In this document: positions 9,223-20,524 of the stretch, one piece after another
Layout: each line of letters begins with the position of its first letter
How positions within the stretch are numbered: position 1 is the first letter of the stretch
Assembly (NCBI GenBank): GCA_014859175.1
Contig: JACUUQ010000001.1
Location: 1-49,281, forward strand
Direction of reading: 5' to 3'
Length of the DNA: 49,281 bases
Source of the DNA: Lutibacter sp.
GTDB taxonomy: Bacteria; Bacteroidota; Bacteroidia; Flavobacteriales; Flavobacteriaceae
Position numbers and translations under genes: made by a program
The notes under the pieces: model-generated
The model's input: only the letters and a program-made list of their open reading frames with translations
Databases searched by the model: none
What the model was told of the DNA's origin: nothing

Positions 9223-9699
9223 ATGAGTAATATTTCGTATTATACAGAAGAAGGGTTGAAAAAACTAAAGGACGAATTGGAGTTTTTGGAGCGTGTTGAG
9301 CGCACAAGAATAAGTAATGATATTGCTGAAGCTAGAGATAAAGGCGATTTAAGCGAGAATGCCGAATACCACGCCGCCAAGGAAGAACAGTCCATGTTAG
9401 AGTTGAAAATTGCCAAATTAAAAGAGGTGGTTTCCAATGCAAGAATTATTGATGAATCATTGTTGGACACTTCAAAAGTATTGATTCATTCAGCGGTAAG
9501 ATTAAGAAATACGGTGACCAAAGCAGAATTTAAATATACTTTGGTGGCAGATTCTGAAACAAATCTGAAGGAAGGAAAACTGTCGGTAAATTCACCTATC
9601 GGTAAAGGGTTGCTTGGTAAAAAAGTAGGTGATATCACCGAAATTGCGGTACCTAGCGGCGTTATGGAATTTGAGATTTTGGAAATTACCAGAGGATAA
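9223..9699 (+). CDS. greA: Transcription elongation factor GreA
   Basis: ARDKGDLSENAEYHAAKEEQ and SPIGKGLLGK. Confidence 0.97.
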   Translation: MSNISYYTEEGLKKLKDELEFLERVERTRISNDIAEARDKGDLSENAEYHAAKEEQSMLELKIAKLKEVVSNARIIDESLLDTSKVLIHSAVRLRNTVTKAEFKYTLVADSETNLKEGKLSVNSPIGKGLLGKKVGDITEIAVPSGVMEFEILEITRG

Positions 9700-9780
9700 T
9701 TTTTCTTTAAATATTTTTATAAATCCTTTTCAATTTTTTATTTGGAAAGGGTTTATTAATTTTGGGTAAAAATAAAAATT

Positions 9781-10170
9781 ATGAGCACAATATTCACAAA
9801 AATCATTAACGGCGAAATTCCATCGTATAAAGTTGCCGAAAACGACGATTTTTATGCTTTTTTGGATGTAAATCCGAATGCAAAAGGCCATACGTTGGTG
9901 GTTCCAAAAAAGGAAGTCAATAAGCTTTTTGAGTTGGATGAAGAAACCTATAATGGCTTAATGGCTTTTTCCAGAAAAATAGCCATCGCCCTAAAAAAAA
10001 CAATAAAGTGCAAACGTGTTGGGATGGCTGTAATCGGACTTGAAGTGCCACATGTTCACGTGCATTTAATTCCTTTGGAAGCGATGCAGGATATGCAATT
10101 TATGCATAAAGTACCATTGACGCCAGCGGAATTTGAAGCGACTGCCAAAGCGATTGCGGCCAATATATAA
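9781..10170 (+). CDS. HIT family nucleotide hydrolase
   Basis: IFTKIINGEIP, GHTLVVPK and the HVHVHLIP triad. Confidence 0.95.
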   Translation: MSTIFTKIINGEIPSYKVAENDDFYAFLDVNPNAKGHTLVVPKKEVNKLFELDEETYNGLMAFSRKIAIALKKTIKCKRVGMAVIGLEVPHVHVHLIPLEAMQDMQFMHKVPLTPAEFEATAKAIAANI

Positions 10171-10172
10171 AA

Positions 10173-11321
10173 TTATTTTTTCAGCGTAATTGCAAAAGTG
10201 GTTCCTTTACCCAATTCCGATTTTAAAACGGTAATTTTACCGTTATGGTAATCTTCGATAATTCTTTTTGCGAGTGACAATCCCAAGCCCCAGCCACGCT
10301 TTTTGGTGGTAAAACCAGGCGTGAAAATTTCGTGTTGCAAATGTTTGGGGATTCCCTTGCCGGTGTCGGAAATGGTGATGGTTATATTTTTATCGTTTTC
10401 TGTAATTGCCAGAATTATTTTTCCTTTTCCTTCCATGGCGTCAATGGCGTTTTTTACCAAATTTTCAATCACCCAGCTATACAACTGCAAATTTATTTTG
10501 GCATAAATTTCGTTTTCTGAGGATTCAAATTTAAAAACAACCTGTTTAGAACTTCTTAGTTTTAAATAGTCAAACGATGCGCTGGTTGCTTCCGCCACAT
10601 TTTGTTCTTTTAATTCGGGAATTGAGCCAATTTTCGAAAATCTTTCCGCAATGGTGTTTAACCTCGCTACATCATTTTCAATTTCTTTTATGGTGTTTTC
10701 ATCGGTGTTTTCCAGTCGTAAAATTTCAATCCAACCCAACAGCGACGATAAAGGCGTTCCAATTTGATGGGCAGTTTCTTTCGCCATTCCTGTCCAAAGT
10801 TTGTTTTGCTCCGCCGCTTTATTCGATTTAAAAAACAGGTAAATAACGCTGGCGAATAAAAATAAAATAAGAATCAGCGCTACGGGATAATACTTTAATT
10901 TGGTTAATAAATCGGAATTTCGATAGTAAATGTATTGCTTTAAATCTTCTCCTTTGTAGCTTATGGTTATGGGTTTGTTTTGGCTTTTCATCAAAAAAAG
11001 CTGTTTTTCCAAATAGTTTTTCTTTTTTACCTTAACGGAATCTAAATTTGCCCATTCTGTAATGCTGTCCTTTTCATTGGTAATAATCATGGGAATATTG
11101 TGGTTGTTACCAATAATTTTAGCTTCAAGTGAAATATCTGTATTTAAACTGGCACTGCTGAAGCGTTCATAGGCCTTCGCTAAAATTTCCATTTTAGCGC
11201 GTTCTTCATGTTTAAATTCTTGAAAAAAATCATAGGTATTCCAAAGAATTAGTGCAACAATGATAAATGAAGACAAAATAACTGTCCAACGAATTATCTG
11301 AGTATTCTTTTGTGAAGCCAT
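10173..11321 (-). CDS. Orphan sensor histidine kinase (2 TM, HisKA, HATPase)
   Basis: ETAHQIGTPLS H-box, ENLVKNAIDAM, DTGKGI, GFTTKKRGWGLGL. Start uncertain (11321 or 11327). Confidence 0.92.
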   Translation of the reverse strand: MASQKNTQIIRWTVILSSFIIVALILWNTYDFFQEFKHEERAKMEILAKAYERFSSASLNTDISLEAKIIGNNHNIPMIITNEKDSITEWANLDSVKVKKKNYLEKQLFLMKSQNKPITISYKGEDLKQYIYYRNSDLLTKLKYYPVALILILFLFASVIYLFFKSNKAAEQNKLWTGMAKETAHQIGTPLSSLLGWIEILRLENTDENTIKEIENDVARLNTIAERFSKIGSIPELKEQNVAEATSASFDYLKLRSSKQVVFKFESSENEIYAKINLQLYSWVIENLVKNAIDAMEGKGKIILAITENDKNITITISDTGKGIPKHLQHEIFTPGFTTKKRGWGLGLSLAKRIIEDYHNGKITVLKSELGKGTTFAITLKK

Positions 11322-11413
11322 ATTCAAATATAAAGTATAAGTTACTATAACTTAAAAATAAAATCTATATTATTTTAGCCTTGAAATATTTATATTTGTT
11401 AAAAATCAAAAAA

Positions 11414-12274
11414 ATGCTAAGCATAGATCCAAAAGACATATCAACAGTAAAGTTGCAGGAATATTTGCAAAGTTCCATTGCGCCGCGCCCAATCGCTTTT
11501 GCAAGCACGCTTGACGCAGTTGGAAACCCAAACTTATCGCCATTTAGTTTTTTTAACATTTTTAGCGCAAATCCGCCCATTTTAATTTTTTCACCTGCAC
11601 GCCGTGTGCGGGATAACACTACAAAACACACTTTGGAAAATGCCAAAGCGACAAAAGAAGTGGTAATTAATGTCGTAAATTATGATATTGTGCATCAAAT
11701 GTCGTTGGCGAGCAGCGAATATCCAGAAGGCGTAAATGAGTTTTTAAAAGCAGGCTTTACGATGTTGCCTTCTGAGAAAATAAAACCGTATAGGGTTGGC
11801 GAATCGCCCATACAATTTGAGTGCAAGGTTAAAGAAATAGTGGAACTTGGCAGTGAAGGCGGTGCCGGAAATTTGGTAATTTGTGAAGTGGTGAAATTGC
11901 ACATTAAAAAGGATTATTTACAAGAAGACGGCACTATCAATCAATATAAATTAGATTTGGTTGCTAGGGCCGGAGGAAGCTTGTATTCCCGTGCAAGGGA
12001 CGGTTTTTTTGAGATCCCAAAGCCACTGACAACCCTGGGGATTGGGGTTGACGCCATTCCTGCTGAAATAAGAAACAGCCCCATTTTAACTGGAAATGAT
12101 TTGGGAATGCTGGCCAATTTGGAAATGATTCCTTCTAAAGCAGATGTTGATAAGTTTGCAAAAGATCATACGGAATATGTTGGAATTAATACGGCGAAAA
12201 AACATACATTTGCGAAAGCGCTTTTAGAAAAAAACGAAGTGTTGAGTGCTTGGAAAGTGCTTTTAATACAATAA
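11414..12274 (+). CDS. Flavin reductase family protein (DIM6/NTAB-like)
   Basis: PRPIAFAST..GNPNLSPFSFFN..K.TL.N..EVVIN. Promoter TATATTTG at 11391-11398 supports ATG 11414. Confidence 0.88.
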   Translation: MLSIDPKDISTVKLQEYLQSSIAPRPIAFASTLDAVGNPNLSPFSFFNIFSANPPILIFSPARRVRDNTTKHTLENAKATKEVVINVVNYDIVHQMSLASSEYPEGVNEFLKAGFTMLPSEKIKPYRVGESPIQFECKVKEIVELGSEGGAGNLVICEVVKLHIKKDYLQEDGTINQYKLDLVARAGGSLYSRARDGFFEIPKPLTTLGIGVDAIPAEIRNSPILTGNDLGMLANLEMIPSKADVDKFAKDHTEYVGINTAKKHTFAKALLEKNEVLSAWKVLLIQ

Positions 12275-12282
12275 TTAAAAAT

Positions 12283-12657
12283 ATGGAAATTACAGGAAAA
12301 ATTACAAAAATTAAAGAAGCTCAAACCTTTGGGGCAAGCGGTTTCAGAAAAAGAGAATTGATAGTAACAACAAATGAACAATATCCACAACCGTTGATGG
12401 TTGAATTTGTGCAAGATAAATGTGATTTATTAAATAATTACCAAGTTGGACAGGATGTTAAAGTTTCCATCAATTTAAGAGGAAGAGAATGGATCAATCC
12501 ACAGGGTGAAGCCGTTTATTTTAACTCAATTCAAGGATGGAGAATAGAAGCAGCACAAGTGGAAGGCGCTCCAGGAGCAAAACCAACAACGCCACCAGCT
12601 AAATTTGAAACCACCACAGACATAGACGACAGCGAACCGGATGATTTACCGTTTTAA
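12283..12657 (+). CDS. DUF3127 family protein (SSB-like acidic tail)
   Basis: MEITGKI..GFRKRE..EQYPQ..EF.QDK..NLRGREW..YFNSIQGWRI...DDLPF. Confidence 0.85.
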   Translation: MEITGKITKIKEAQTFGASGFRKRELIVTTNEQYPQPLMVEFVQDKCDLLNNYQVGQDVKVSINLRGREWINPQGEAVYFNSIQGWRIEAAQVEGAPGAKPTTPPAKFETTTDIDDSEPDDLPF

Positions 12658-12675
12658 GTCCATTTAAACAGTTTC

Positions 12676-12709
12676 AAAAAGAGAAAAACCTTGGTTTTTC
12701 TCTTTTTTT
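12676..12709 (+). terminator. Intrinsic terminator
   Basis: aaaaagagaaaaacc-tt-ggtttttctcttttttt. Confidence 0.7.
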
Positions 12710-12741
12710 GTTTGGCTATATTTGTAAAAAAATAATATAAA

Positions 12742-13377
12742 ATGTTTTTGCTTTCAAAAGATTTGGTGTTTCCTCCGGTAAATATGGCGGATAAAAATGG
12801 TTTATTGGCCATTGGAGGCGATTTATCTGTTGAAAGGTTGCTGCTTGCTTATAAAAGTGGAATTTTTCCTTGGTACAATCAGGGAGAACCTATTGTTTGG
12901 TACAGTCCAGACCCAAGAATGGTTTTGTTTCCAAAAAAACTGAAAATTTCAAAAAGCATGAAGCAAATTATTCGGAAAAATCAATTTAGGGCAACATTCA
13001 ACCAAAATTTTTCGGAAGTCATTGCTAACTGTAAAAACAGTTACAGAGAAGGGCAGGGCGGAACCTGGATTACCGATGAAATGGAACAGGCTTATATTAA
13101 TTTACACAATTTGGGTGTCGCAAAATCGGTGGAAGTTTGGGAAGGAAATGAATTGGTAGGCGGTTTGTATGGCATTGATTTAGGATACGTTTTTTGCGGG
13201 GAAAGCATGTTCAGCAAAGTGAGCAATGCTTCAAAATTCGCCTTTATTTATTTGGTTCAAAAATTGGAAACAGCACATTATACCTTGATAGATTGCCAGG
13301 TTTACAATGCGCATTTGGATAGTTTAGGCGCCGAAGAAATTTCACGATCGGAATTTTTAACCTATCTAAAAAAGTAA
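12742..13377 (+). CDS. aat: Leucyl/phenylalanyl-tRNA--protein transferase
   Basis: GLLAIGGDLS..AY..GIFPW, WYSPDPR, TWI, LVGGLYG, FCGESMFS, IDCQ. Confidence 0.96.
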   Translation: MFLLSKDLVFPPVNMADKNGLLAIGGDLSVERLLLAYKSGIFPWYNQGEPIVWYSPDPRMVLFPKKLKISKSMKQIIRKNQFRATFNQNFSEVIANCKNSYREGQGGTWITDEMEQAYINLHNLGVAKSVEVWEGNELVGGLYGIDLGYVFCGESMFSKVSNASKFAFIYLVQKLETAHYTLIDCQVYNAHLDSLGAEEISRSEFLTYLKK

Positions 13378-13427
13378 AAAAGACATAATCATAAGTTTAC
13401 TATCTTTGAGCATCAATAAAACAACAT

Positions 13428-13754
13428 ATGGAAATTAAAAACGCACAACTCGTCGTTGACAACTGGATAAAGGAACATGGCGTCCGTTATTTTAATGAAT
13501 TGACCAATATGGCGCAATTGACTGAAGAAGTAGGTGAAGTGGCCCGAATTATTGCGCGGCGTTATGGCGAACAAAGTGAAAAGGAAAGCGATAAAGGAAA
13601 AGATTTGGGTGAAGAATTGGCCGATGTGGTTTTTGTGGTTTTGTGTTTGGCAAATCAAACAGGAATAGATTTACAGGCGGCTTTCGACAAAAAAATGGAT
13701 ATAAAAACAAAACGGGATCACGACCGTCATCAAAATAATAAAAAATTAAAATAA
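13428..13754 (+). CDS. MazG-like nucleotide pyrophosphohydrolase (YpjD-type)
   Basis: LTEEVGEVAR..GEELADV..LANQTGIDL. Confidence 0.9.
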   Translation: MEIKNAQLVVDNWIKEHGVRYFNELTNMAQLTEEVGEVARIIARRYGEQSEKESDKGKDLGEELADVVFVVLCLANQTGIDLQAAFDKKMDIKTKRDHDRHQNNKKLK

Positions 13755-13994
13755 ATGAATCCATATAAAAATCAAACATTTTTAAAATTAACCGTTCGAT
13801 TTGCGGCGGTATTTTTTGTGGTTGTCACCATCCTTAAAATAATCATTTCGTTATTTAAAAATGGCGGTGTTTCAGGAATGATCACTGAATATTTTTCTGC
13901 GGAAACCTGGCTGCCGTTTTTAATGATACAAGTGGTGATGGCGATAGTTTATGGATTGCTGATGGCTGGTTATTACAAGTTTATGAAAAAATAA
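13755..13994 (+). CDS. Small membrane protein (2 TM), hypothetical
   Basis: 79 aa with two hydrophobic segments. Its ATG abuts the stop codon of the upstream gene. Confidence 0.7.
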   Translation: MNPYKNQTFLKLTVRFAAVFFVVVTILKIIISLFKNGGVSGMITEYFSAETWLPFLMIQVVMAIVYGLLMAGYYKFMKK

Positions 13995-14024
13995 TTTTAA
14001 TTATAGGCAAAAATTATACTTAGG

Positions 14025-15236
14025 ATGGAATCGTTAAAAATCAATAAAATCAATAAAACTGTGAATGGAAATATCCAAATTACAGGCTCAAAAAGCGAAA
14101 CAAACCGATTGCTGGTTTTAAAGCAGTTTTATCCGAATTTAACGATTGAAAATATTTCAAATTCCGATGATAGTGAATTGATGCAAAAAGCGTTAAAAAG
14201 CAAAACTTCTGAAATAAATATTGGACATGCCGGCACGGCGATGCGTTTTTTAACGGCTTATTTTTCAGTAAAAGAAGGCAGTGAAATTGTGTTGACAGGT
14301 TCGCACAGAATGAAAGACCGGCCCATAAAAATTTTGGTTGAAGCCTTAAAATCCTTAGGCGCGAATATCCAATATATGGAAAAAGATGGTTTTCCGCCGT
14401 TAAAAATTACAGGAAAAAAGTTAACGAATGATTTTGTTGAAATTGAAGGAAATGTGAGTAGCCAGTATGTTTCTGCATTGTTGTTAATAGCACCGACTTT
14501 GCAAAACGGATTGAAATTAAAATTTAAAGGGGAAGTCACTTCTGTTCCGTACATAAAAATGACGCTGCAATTGTTGGCTGAATTGAGCATTGACTATGAC
14601 TGGGAAGAAAATTTGATTTCTGTTCATCCAAAACCTGTCATTGAGCCAAAAACGGTTACCGTGGAATCCGATTGGAGTTCCGCTTCTTATTTTTACGGTT
14701 TGTGCGCGCTAAGTCCGAGCTCAGAAATAACCTTGTCATCTTACAAAAAAAACAGCTTGCAAGGAGATTCAGTTTTAGCGACAATTTATGAAAAATTGGG
14801 AGTTTCCACCAAATTTTGCGAGAATGCTATCATTTTAAAAAATAAGCAAAACTTCAACCTTCAAGCTTTAAACTTAAACCTCATTAACGCACCGGATATT
14901 GCCCAAACTATTGCGGTAACTTGTTTCGGATTGGGAACAGAATGTTATTTAACCGGACTTCATACATTGAAAATAAAGGAAACTGACAGGTTGGTTGCTT
15001 TAAAAACCGAGCTGGAAAAATTGGGCGGCGAAGTTATTTTGACCGATGAAACGTTACATTTACAGCCATCAACCAAAATAAATGAAAACATAAGCATTGC
15101 CACTTATGATGACCACAGAATGGCGATGGCTTTTGCGCCTTTGGCGGTAAAAGTTGCCATTGAAATTGAAGATCCCGGCGTAGTTTCAAAATCCTATCCG
15201 ACTTTTTGGGAAGATTTTGCCAAAATTTCCCGCTAA
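14025..15236 (+). CDS. aroA: 3-phosphoshikimate 1-carboxyvinyltransferase (EPSP synthase)
   Basis: GSKSETNR, AGTAMRFL, SSQYVSALL, KETDRL, DDHRMAMAF, KSYPTFW. Confidence 0.97.
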   Translation: MESLKINKINKTVNGNIQITGSKSETNRLLVLKQFYPNLTIENISNSDDSELMQKALKSKTSEINIGHAGTAMRFLTAYFSVKEGSEIVLTGSHRMKDRPIKILVEALKSLGANIQYMEKDGFPPLKITGKKLTNDFVEIEGNVSSQYVSALLLIAPTLQNGLKLKFKGEVTSVPYIKMTLQLLAELSIDYDWEENLISVHPKPVIEPKTVTVESDWSSASYFYGLCALSPSSEITLSSYKKNSLQGDSVLATIYEKLGVSTKFCENAIILKNKQNFNLQALNLNLINAPDIAQTIAVTCFGLGTECYLTGLHTLKIKETDRLVALKTELEKLGGEVILTDETLHLQPSTKINENISIATYDDHRMAMAFAPLAVKVAIEIEDPGVVSKSYPTFWEDFAKISR

Positions 15237-15269
15237 AAGTCTGCAAAACAAACTTTTATTCCAAAACAC

Positions 15270-15301
15270 TTGACAACGCCTATGCGGATGTTGTATCTTT
15301 G
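15270..15301 (+). promoter_or_regulatory. Bacteroidota sigmaA-type promoter of queA
   Basis: TTG at ~15270 and TATCTTTG at 15294-15301. Confidence 0.6.
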
Positions 15302-15411
15302 CCCTCTTTCTAATAAAAGTAAGGAAGAAACCTTAGGCTAAAAGCATATTTTCCAAGAGAGAATTAATAGCTTTTTTTCATTTGATCAATAAAAATAATT
15401 AAAATAAATAC

Positions 15412-16461
15412 ATGAAATTATCAAAATTTAAGTTCGAATTACCAGAAGATTTATTGGCAGAATATCCGGCAGAAAATAGGGATGAATCACGGTTAATGGT
15501 TTTGGACAGAAAAAAGAAAACCATTGAACACCATAATTTTAAAGAAATAATTAATTATTTTGATGAAGGGGATTTAATGATCTTAAACAATACCAAAGTT
15601 TTTCCTGCAAGAATGTACGGCGAAAAGGAAAAAACCGGTGCGCGTATTGAGGTGTTTTTATTGCGGGAATTAAATGCTGAAAGCAGGTTGTGGGATGTAT
15701 TGGTTGATCCGGCACGAAAAATAAGAATCGGAAACAAATTATTTTTTGGCGATGATGAAAGTTTGGTTGCAGAAGTTATTGACAATACAACGTCTAGAGG
15801 AAGAACATTGCGTTTTTTATATGATGGTTCTTATGAGGAATTCCGACAAAAATTAGAAGAATTGGGCGAGACACCCTTGCCAAAATATATTAAAAGAGCT
15901 GTTGAAAAGGATGATGAGGAACGTTACCAAACAATTTATGCAAAACATGAAGGTGCCATTGCCGCACCAACGGCCGGAATGCACTTTTCTAAACATTTAA
16001 TGAAACGTTTAGAAATTAAAGGAGTTGACTTTGCGGAAATAACCTTGCACGTTGGCTTGGGAACTTTTAATCCTGTTGAGGTTGAAGATTTATCCAAACA
16101 TAAAATGGATTCTGAACGTTTGATTATTACGCAAGATGCAGCGGATATTGTGAACATGTCCATCAACCAAAAAAGAAGGATTTGCGCTGTGGGCACTACA
16201 GTAATGCGCGGTATTGAAAGTGCGGTTTCATCTAACAGACACTTAAACTCATACAATGGCTGGACCAATAAATTTATTTTTCCTCCGCACGATTTTAGCA
16301 TTGCCAATTGTATGGTCACAAATTTTCATACGCCAAAATCTACTTTAATGATGATGGCTGCGGCTTTTGCCGGTTACGATTTTTTAATGGAAGCCTATGA
16401 AGAAGCAGTGAAGGAAAAATATAAATTTTACTCGTACGGCGATGCGATGTTAATTATTTAA
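15412..16461 (+). CDS. queA: SAM:tRNA ribosyltransferase-isomerase
   Basis: [51 protein letters not shown]. Confidence 0.97.
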   Translation: MKLSKFKFELPEDLLAEYPAENRDESRLMVLDRKKKTIEHHNFKEIINYFDEGDLMILNNTKVFPARMYGEKEKTGARIEVFLLRELNAESRLWDVLVDPARKIRIGNKLFFGDDESLVAEVIDNTTSRGRTLRFLYDGSYEEFRQKLEELGETPLPKYIKRAVEKDDEERYQTIYAKHEGAIAAPTAGMHFSKHLMKRLEIKGVDFAEITLHVGLGTFNPVEVEDLSKHKMDSERLIITQDAADIVNMSINQKRRICAVGTTVMRGIESAVSSNRHLNSYNGWTNKFIFPPHDFSIANCMVTNFHTPKSTLMMMAAAFAGYDFLMEAYEEAVKEKYKFYSYGDAMLII

Positions 16462-16485
16462 TTTATACTATTTTTTAATAATTAA

Positions 16486-16512
16486 ATTCCCGCCCATTGC
16501 GGGAATCTTTTT
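16486..16512 (+). terminator. Intrinsic terminator after queA
   Basis: attcccgc-ccatt-gcgggaat followed by a T run. Confidence 0.6.
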
Positions 16513-16528
16513 ATAAACCCTGTTTAAA

Positions 16529-17569
16529 ATGATTAAAAAAAAGGACATCCGTGCTTTAACCAAAACCCAATTGCGCGAATTTTTTGTGGAAAAAGGCGAC
16601 AAGGAATTTAGGGGAAATCAGGTTTATGAATGGTTGTGGGTTAAAAGCGCGCATACTTTTGAAGACATGACCAATATTTCGAAAGAAACACGTCAAATGC
16701 TCGAAGCTCATTTTGTGATCAACCATATTGAAGTTGACCAGATGCAGCGCAGCGCAGACGGAACCGTGAAAAATGCGGTTCGTTTGCATGATGGGCTAAT
16801 TGTGGAATCGGTTTTAATTCCTACGGAATCTAGAACAACGGCCTGTGTATCCAGCCAGGTTGGGTGCAGTTTAGATTGCAGTTTTTGCGCTACGTCACAA
16901 TTAAAAAAGATGCGAAACTTAAATCCCGATGAAATTTACGACCAAGTAGCTGCAATAAACAAAGAGAGTTTATTGTACTATAACCACAAATTGTCGAATA
17001 TTGTTTTTATGGGAATGGGCGAACCATTGATGAATTATAACAATGTTTTAAAGGCGATTGAAAAAATTACTTCAAAGGAAGGTTTGGGAATTTCGCCAAA
17101 ACGCATTACAGTTTCCACCTCCGGAATTCCAAAAATGATTAAAAAATTGGCAGATGATGAAGTGAAATTTAACTTGGCGGTTTCGTTGCATTCGGCAATT
17201 GATGAGGTTCGAAATCAAATCATGCCTTTTACCAAAGATTTTCCTTTGCAGGATTTAAAGGAAGCTCTGGAATATTGGTATGCCAAAACAAGCAACAGGG
17301 TTTCTTATGAATACGTTGTTTGGAAAGGAATTAACGACACCAAAGAGGCGATTATGGCTTTGGTAAAATTCTGTAAATATGTGCCTTGCAAGGTTAATTT
17401 AATTGAATATAACCCCATTGGCGATCCTAATTTTCAGCAAGCAAAACCGCAGGTTATTTCAGATTACATCAGTATTTTGGAAATGAACGACATTATTGTG
17501 AATGTGCGAAGAAGCAGGGGAAAAGACATAGATGCTGCCTGCGGGCAGTTGGCAAACAAAAAAAGCTAG
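16529..17569 (+). CDS. rlmN: 23S rRNA A2503/tRNA A37 C2-methyltransferase
   Basis: CVSSQVGCSLDCSFC radical-SAM motif, MGMGEP, SLH, DIDAACGQL. Confidence 0.96.
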   Translation: MIKKKDIRALTKTQLREFFVEKGDKEFRGNQVYEWLWVKSAHTFEDMTNISKETRQMLEAHFVINHIEVDQMQRSADGTVKNAVRLHDGLIVESVLIPTESRTTACVSSQVGCSLDCSFCATSQLKKMRNLNPDEIYDQVAAINKESLLYYNHKLSNIVFMGMGEPLMNYNNVLKAIEKITSKEGLGISPKRITVSTSGIPKMIKKLADDEVKFNLAVSLHSAIDEVRNQIMPFTKDFPLQDLKEALEYWYAKTSNRVSYEYVVWKGINDTKEAIMALVKFCKYVPCKVNLIEYNPIGDPNFQQAKPQVISDYISILEMNDIIVNVRRSRGKDIDAACGQLANKKS

Positions 17570-17590
17570 CATTAACGCTAGCTTTTTTTT
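17558..17590. terminator. Bidirectional terminator between rlmN and infB
   Basis: aaaaaaagctagc-attaac-gctagctttttttt. Confidence 0.8.
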
Positions 17591-17615
17591 GCTTTATTTT
17601 AAAAGATTAAACTTA

Positions 17616-20483
17616 CTAATTTCTTTTCAGTTTTTTCTTAATTTCAACTTCGTGGTAAGCTTCAATTAAATCACCAACTTCAATATCATTAAAGTTTTTA
17701 ATTTGAAGTCCACAATCGTATCCTTTTGAAACTTCTTTTGCGTCATCTTTAAATCGTTTTAACGAACTTAAATCACCTGAATGAATTACGACACCATCTC
17801 TAATAACTCTGATTTTTGAGTTTCTTTGAATTTTACCGCTCAAAACCATACAGCCTGCAATTGTTCCAATTTTAGAAATTTTGAAGACTTCCCTAATCTC
17901 TGTATTACCTAAGATTTCTTCTTTCATTTCAGGAGACAACATGCCTTCCATCGCATCGCGTAAATCGTTGATGGCATCATAGATAATAGAATATGTTCTG
18001 ATGTCTATTTCTTCATTGTCTGCCAATGTTCTTGCATTTCCTGAAGGTCTTACGTTAAATCCAATAATGATGGCATCGGATGCAGAAGCCAGCAATACGT
18101 CAGATTCCGTAATGGCACCAACACCTCTATGGATAATATTAACTTGAATTTCGCCAGTTGAAAGTTTTTGGAAGGAATCGGCCAATGCTTCTACGGAACC
18201 ATCCACATCACCTTTTAAAATAATGTTTAATTCTTTAAAGTCACCCAAGGCAATTCTTCGTCCAATTTCATCCAATGTGATATGGCGTTGCGTTCTTACA
18301 GATTGTTCACGTTGTAATTGAGAACGTTTAGAGGCAATTTGTTTTGCTTCTTTTTCATCTTCAAAAATGTAAAACTTATCTCCGGCTTGAGGTGCTCCAT
18401 CCAAACCAAGTATTGAAACCGGCGTTGAAGGTCCGGCAGTTTTCATATTGTTTCCGCGTTCATCAAACATGGCTTTTACTTTACCGCTATGTTTTCCGGC
18501 AAGCATATAATCACCTATTTTTAGTGTTCCGTCTTGCACCAATATTGTAGAAACATAACCACGGCCTTTATCCAATAAGGCTTCAACTACGGTACCAACT
18601 GCTCTTTTGTTCGGATTTGCCTTTAAATCCAACATTTCGGCTTCAAGCAATACTTTTTCAAGCAATAATTCAACGTTTTGGCCTGTTTTGGCTGATATTT
18701 CCTGAGACTGAATTTTTCCGCCCCAATCTTCCACCAATAAATTCAATTGTGAAAGCTGTTCTTTAATTTTTTCAGGATTTGCGTTAGGTTTGTCAATTTT
18801 ATTGATGGCAAAAACAATTGGCACACCAGCTGCTTGCGCGTGGCTAATGGCTTCTTTTGTTTGCGGCATCACATCATCATCAGCTGCGATTACAATAATT
18901 ACCAAATCCGTTACTTGCGCTCCACGAGCACGCATCGCCGTAAAGGCTTCGTGGCCAGGAGTATCTAAGAATGCTATTTTTTGGCCGTTTTTTAAATTTA
19001 CCCCGTATGCACCAATGTGTTGGGTAATTCCTCCAGATTCCCCGGCAATTACGTTTTCTTCACGGATATAATCCAGTAAGGATGTTTTACCATGATCCAC
19101 GTGTCCCATTACGGTAACAATTGGTGCTCTTGGTTTTAAACCTTCTATGTCATCTTCTTGTTCGTGTATAGCTTCTTCAACTTCCGCTCCAACAAAGTCA
19201 AGGCTATAATCAAATTCTTCTGCAACAATACTAAGAGTCTCAGCATCCAATCGTTGATTCATGGTTACCATTAATCCCAGTGACATACAGGCTGAAATAA
19301 CTTGGGTAACGGGAATATCCATCATTGTGGCAATTTCGCTTACCGTTACAAATTCCGATACTTTTAGAATTTTGCTTTCAGCTTCTTGTTGCTCAAAGTC
19401 TCTTTCGGTTTGAATACGGTGTATATCTCTTTTGTCTCTTCTGTGTTTTGCGCCTTTTCCTTTTTTAGATTTGCCTTGAAGTTTTTCTAAGGTTTCTCTA
19501 ATTTGCTTTTGAACATCTGCTTCGGTAGGCTCTTCTTTTACCAAAGGTTTTCTGCCACGCACCAATGGTGCTGATTTGTTTGCGCCTTTTTGTGCAAGAA
19601 TTGGTTGTTTTTTAACACCTGTTATTGGTGTTATAGGCATTTTCTTTACAATCCTTCTGCGCTTCTTTTTATTTGCGTCACTGTCTTCTTTTTTAACAGC
19701 CAGTTCAGGTTTTTTCTTTTTAGGACGTTCAAACTGTTTTAAATCAATTTTTTCGCCAATAATTTTCGGACCCTCTAATTTAGAATAAACGGTTTCTATG
19801 GTCTGAGATTCTATGATTTCAGCTTCTGTAGGCTCCTTTTTCTCTTCAATTATTTCAGGTGATTGCTTTTCAGCTTCCAGTGGTTGCGCAGCTTTCTTCA
19901 GAATTGGTTTTTTAGAAACTTTCACTGTTTGTTCTTCAGCTTTTGGAGCTTCAATTGACATTTCAACAGGCTTTTCTTTAATCTCAGCTTCAACTTTTGG
20001 CGCTTCTTCTTTAATTTCTTCAACAGGTTTTGGTTGTTCAAGAATCACTTTGGGTTTTTCTTCAATGATTACCTTTGGGGTCTCAATAACAGGAGCAGCA
20101 GGTTTTTTCTCAATTTTAGCCTCTTTTGGTTCAATTTCAATTTTACCGACCGTTTTAATTTCTAATTTTTCAGCTTTGGCTTTAATTACAACTTTTTTGG
20201 CTTCTTCTTCAAGGCGATGTTTCTCCGCCAATTCCTCATGAGCTATTCTCAAGGTTTCTTTTTCTTTCCTTTTTTCTTCGCTTACTTCTTTTGAAGCTGC
20301 TTTTTTACTTCTGTCTGTCTGAAAACCATCCAACAATATTTCATACTCTTCATCAGATATTTTTGTGGTAGGTCTTGCTTCAATTTCAAAACCTTTTGTT
20401 GCCAAATGCTCAACAGCCCTATCTAACGAGATATTCAATTCCCGTAATACTTTGTTCAGTCTTAATGTTTTGTCTTCAGCCAT
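17616..20483 (-). CDS. infB: Translation initiation factor IF-2
   Basis: [35 protein letters not shown]; downstream of nusA. Confidence 0.98.
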   Translation of the reverse strand: MAEDKTLRLNKVLRELNISLDRAVEHLATKGFEIEARPTTKISDEEYEILLDGFQTDRSKKAASKEVSEEKRKEKETLRIAHEELAEKHRLEEEAKKVVIKAKAEKLEIKTVGKIEIEPKEAKIEKKPAAPVIETPKVIIEEKPKVILEQPKPVEEIKEEAPKVEAEIKEKPVEMSIEAPKAEEQTVKVSKKPILKKAAQPLEAEKQSPEIIEEKKEPTEAEIIESQTIETVYSKLEGPKIIGEKIDLKQFERPKKKKPELAVKKEDSDANKKKRRRIVKKMPITPITGVKKQPILAQKGANKSAPLVRGRKPLVKEEPTEADVQKQIRETLEKLQGKSKKGKGAKHRRDKRDIHRIQTERDFEQQEAESKILKVSEFVTVSEIATMMDIPVTQVISACMSLGLMVTMNQRLDAETLSIVAEEFDYSLDFVGAEVEEAIHEQEDDIEGLKPRAPIVTVMGHVDHGKTSLLDYIREENVIAGESGGITQHIGAYGVNLKNGQKIAFLDTPGHEAFTAMRARGAQVTDLVIIVIAADDDVMPQTKEAISHAQAAGVPIVFAINKIDKPNANPEKIKEQLSQLNLLVEDWGGKIQSQEISAKTGQNVELLLEKVLLEAEMLDLKANPNKRAVGTVVEALLDKGRGYVSTILVQDGTLKIGDYMLAGKHSGKVKAMFDERGNNMKTAGPSTPVSILGLDGAPQAGDKFYIFEDEKEAKQIASKRSQLQREQSVRTQRHITLDEIGRRIALGDFKELNIILKGDVDGSVEALADSFQKLSTGEIQVNIIHRGVGAITESDVLLASASDAIIIGFNVRPSGNARTLADNEEIDIRTYSIIYDAINDLRDAMEGMLSPEMKEEILGNTEIREVFKISKIGTIAGCMVLSGKIQRNSKIRVIRDGVVIHSGDLSSLKRFKDDAKEVSKGYDCGLQIKNFNDIEVGDLIEAYHEVEIKKKLKRN

Positions 20484-20524
20484 ACAATATTTATTTTTGC
20501 CAATTTGTGTTGAATAATTAAAGA

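Noticed and set aside
10173-11327. Orphan kinase as part of a novel system
   Set aside because: Ordinary HisKA kinase in a housekeeping neighbourhood with nothing distinctive.
16529-17569. Cfr-type resistance methyltransferase
   Set aside because: MGMGEP motif and housekeeping context indicate RlmN.
19400-20300. Low-complexity Glu/Lys/Pro region in infB
   Set aside because: Normal variable N-terminal domain of IF-2.
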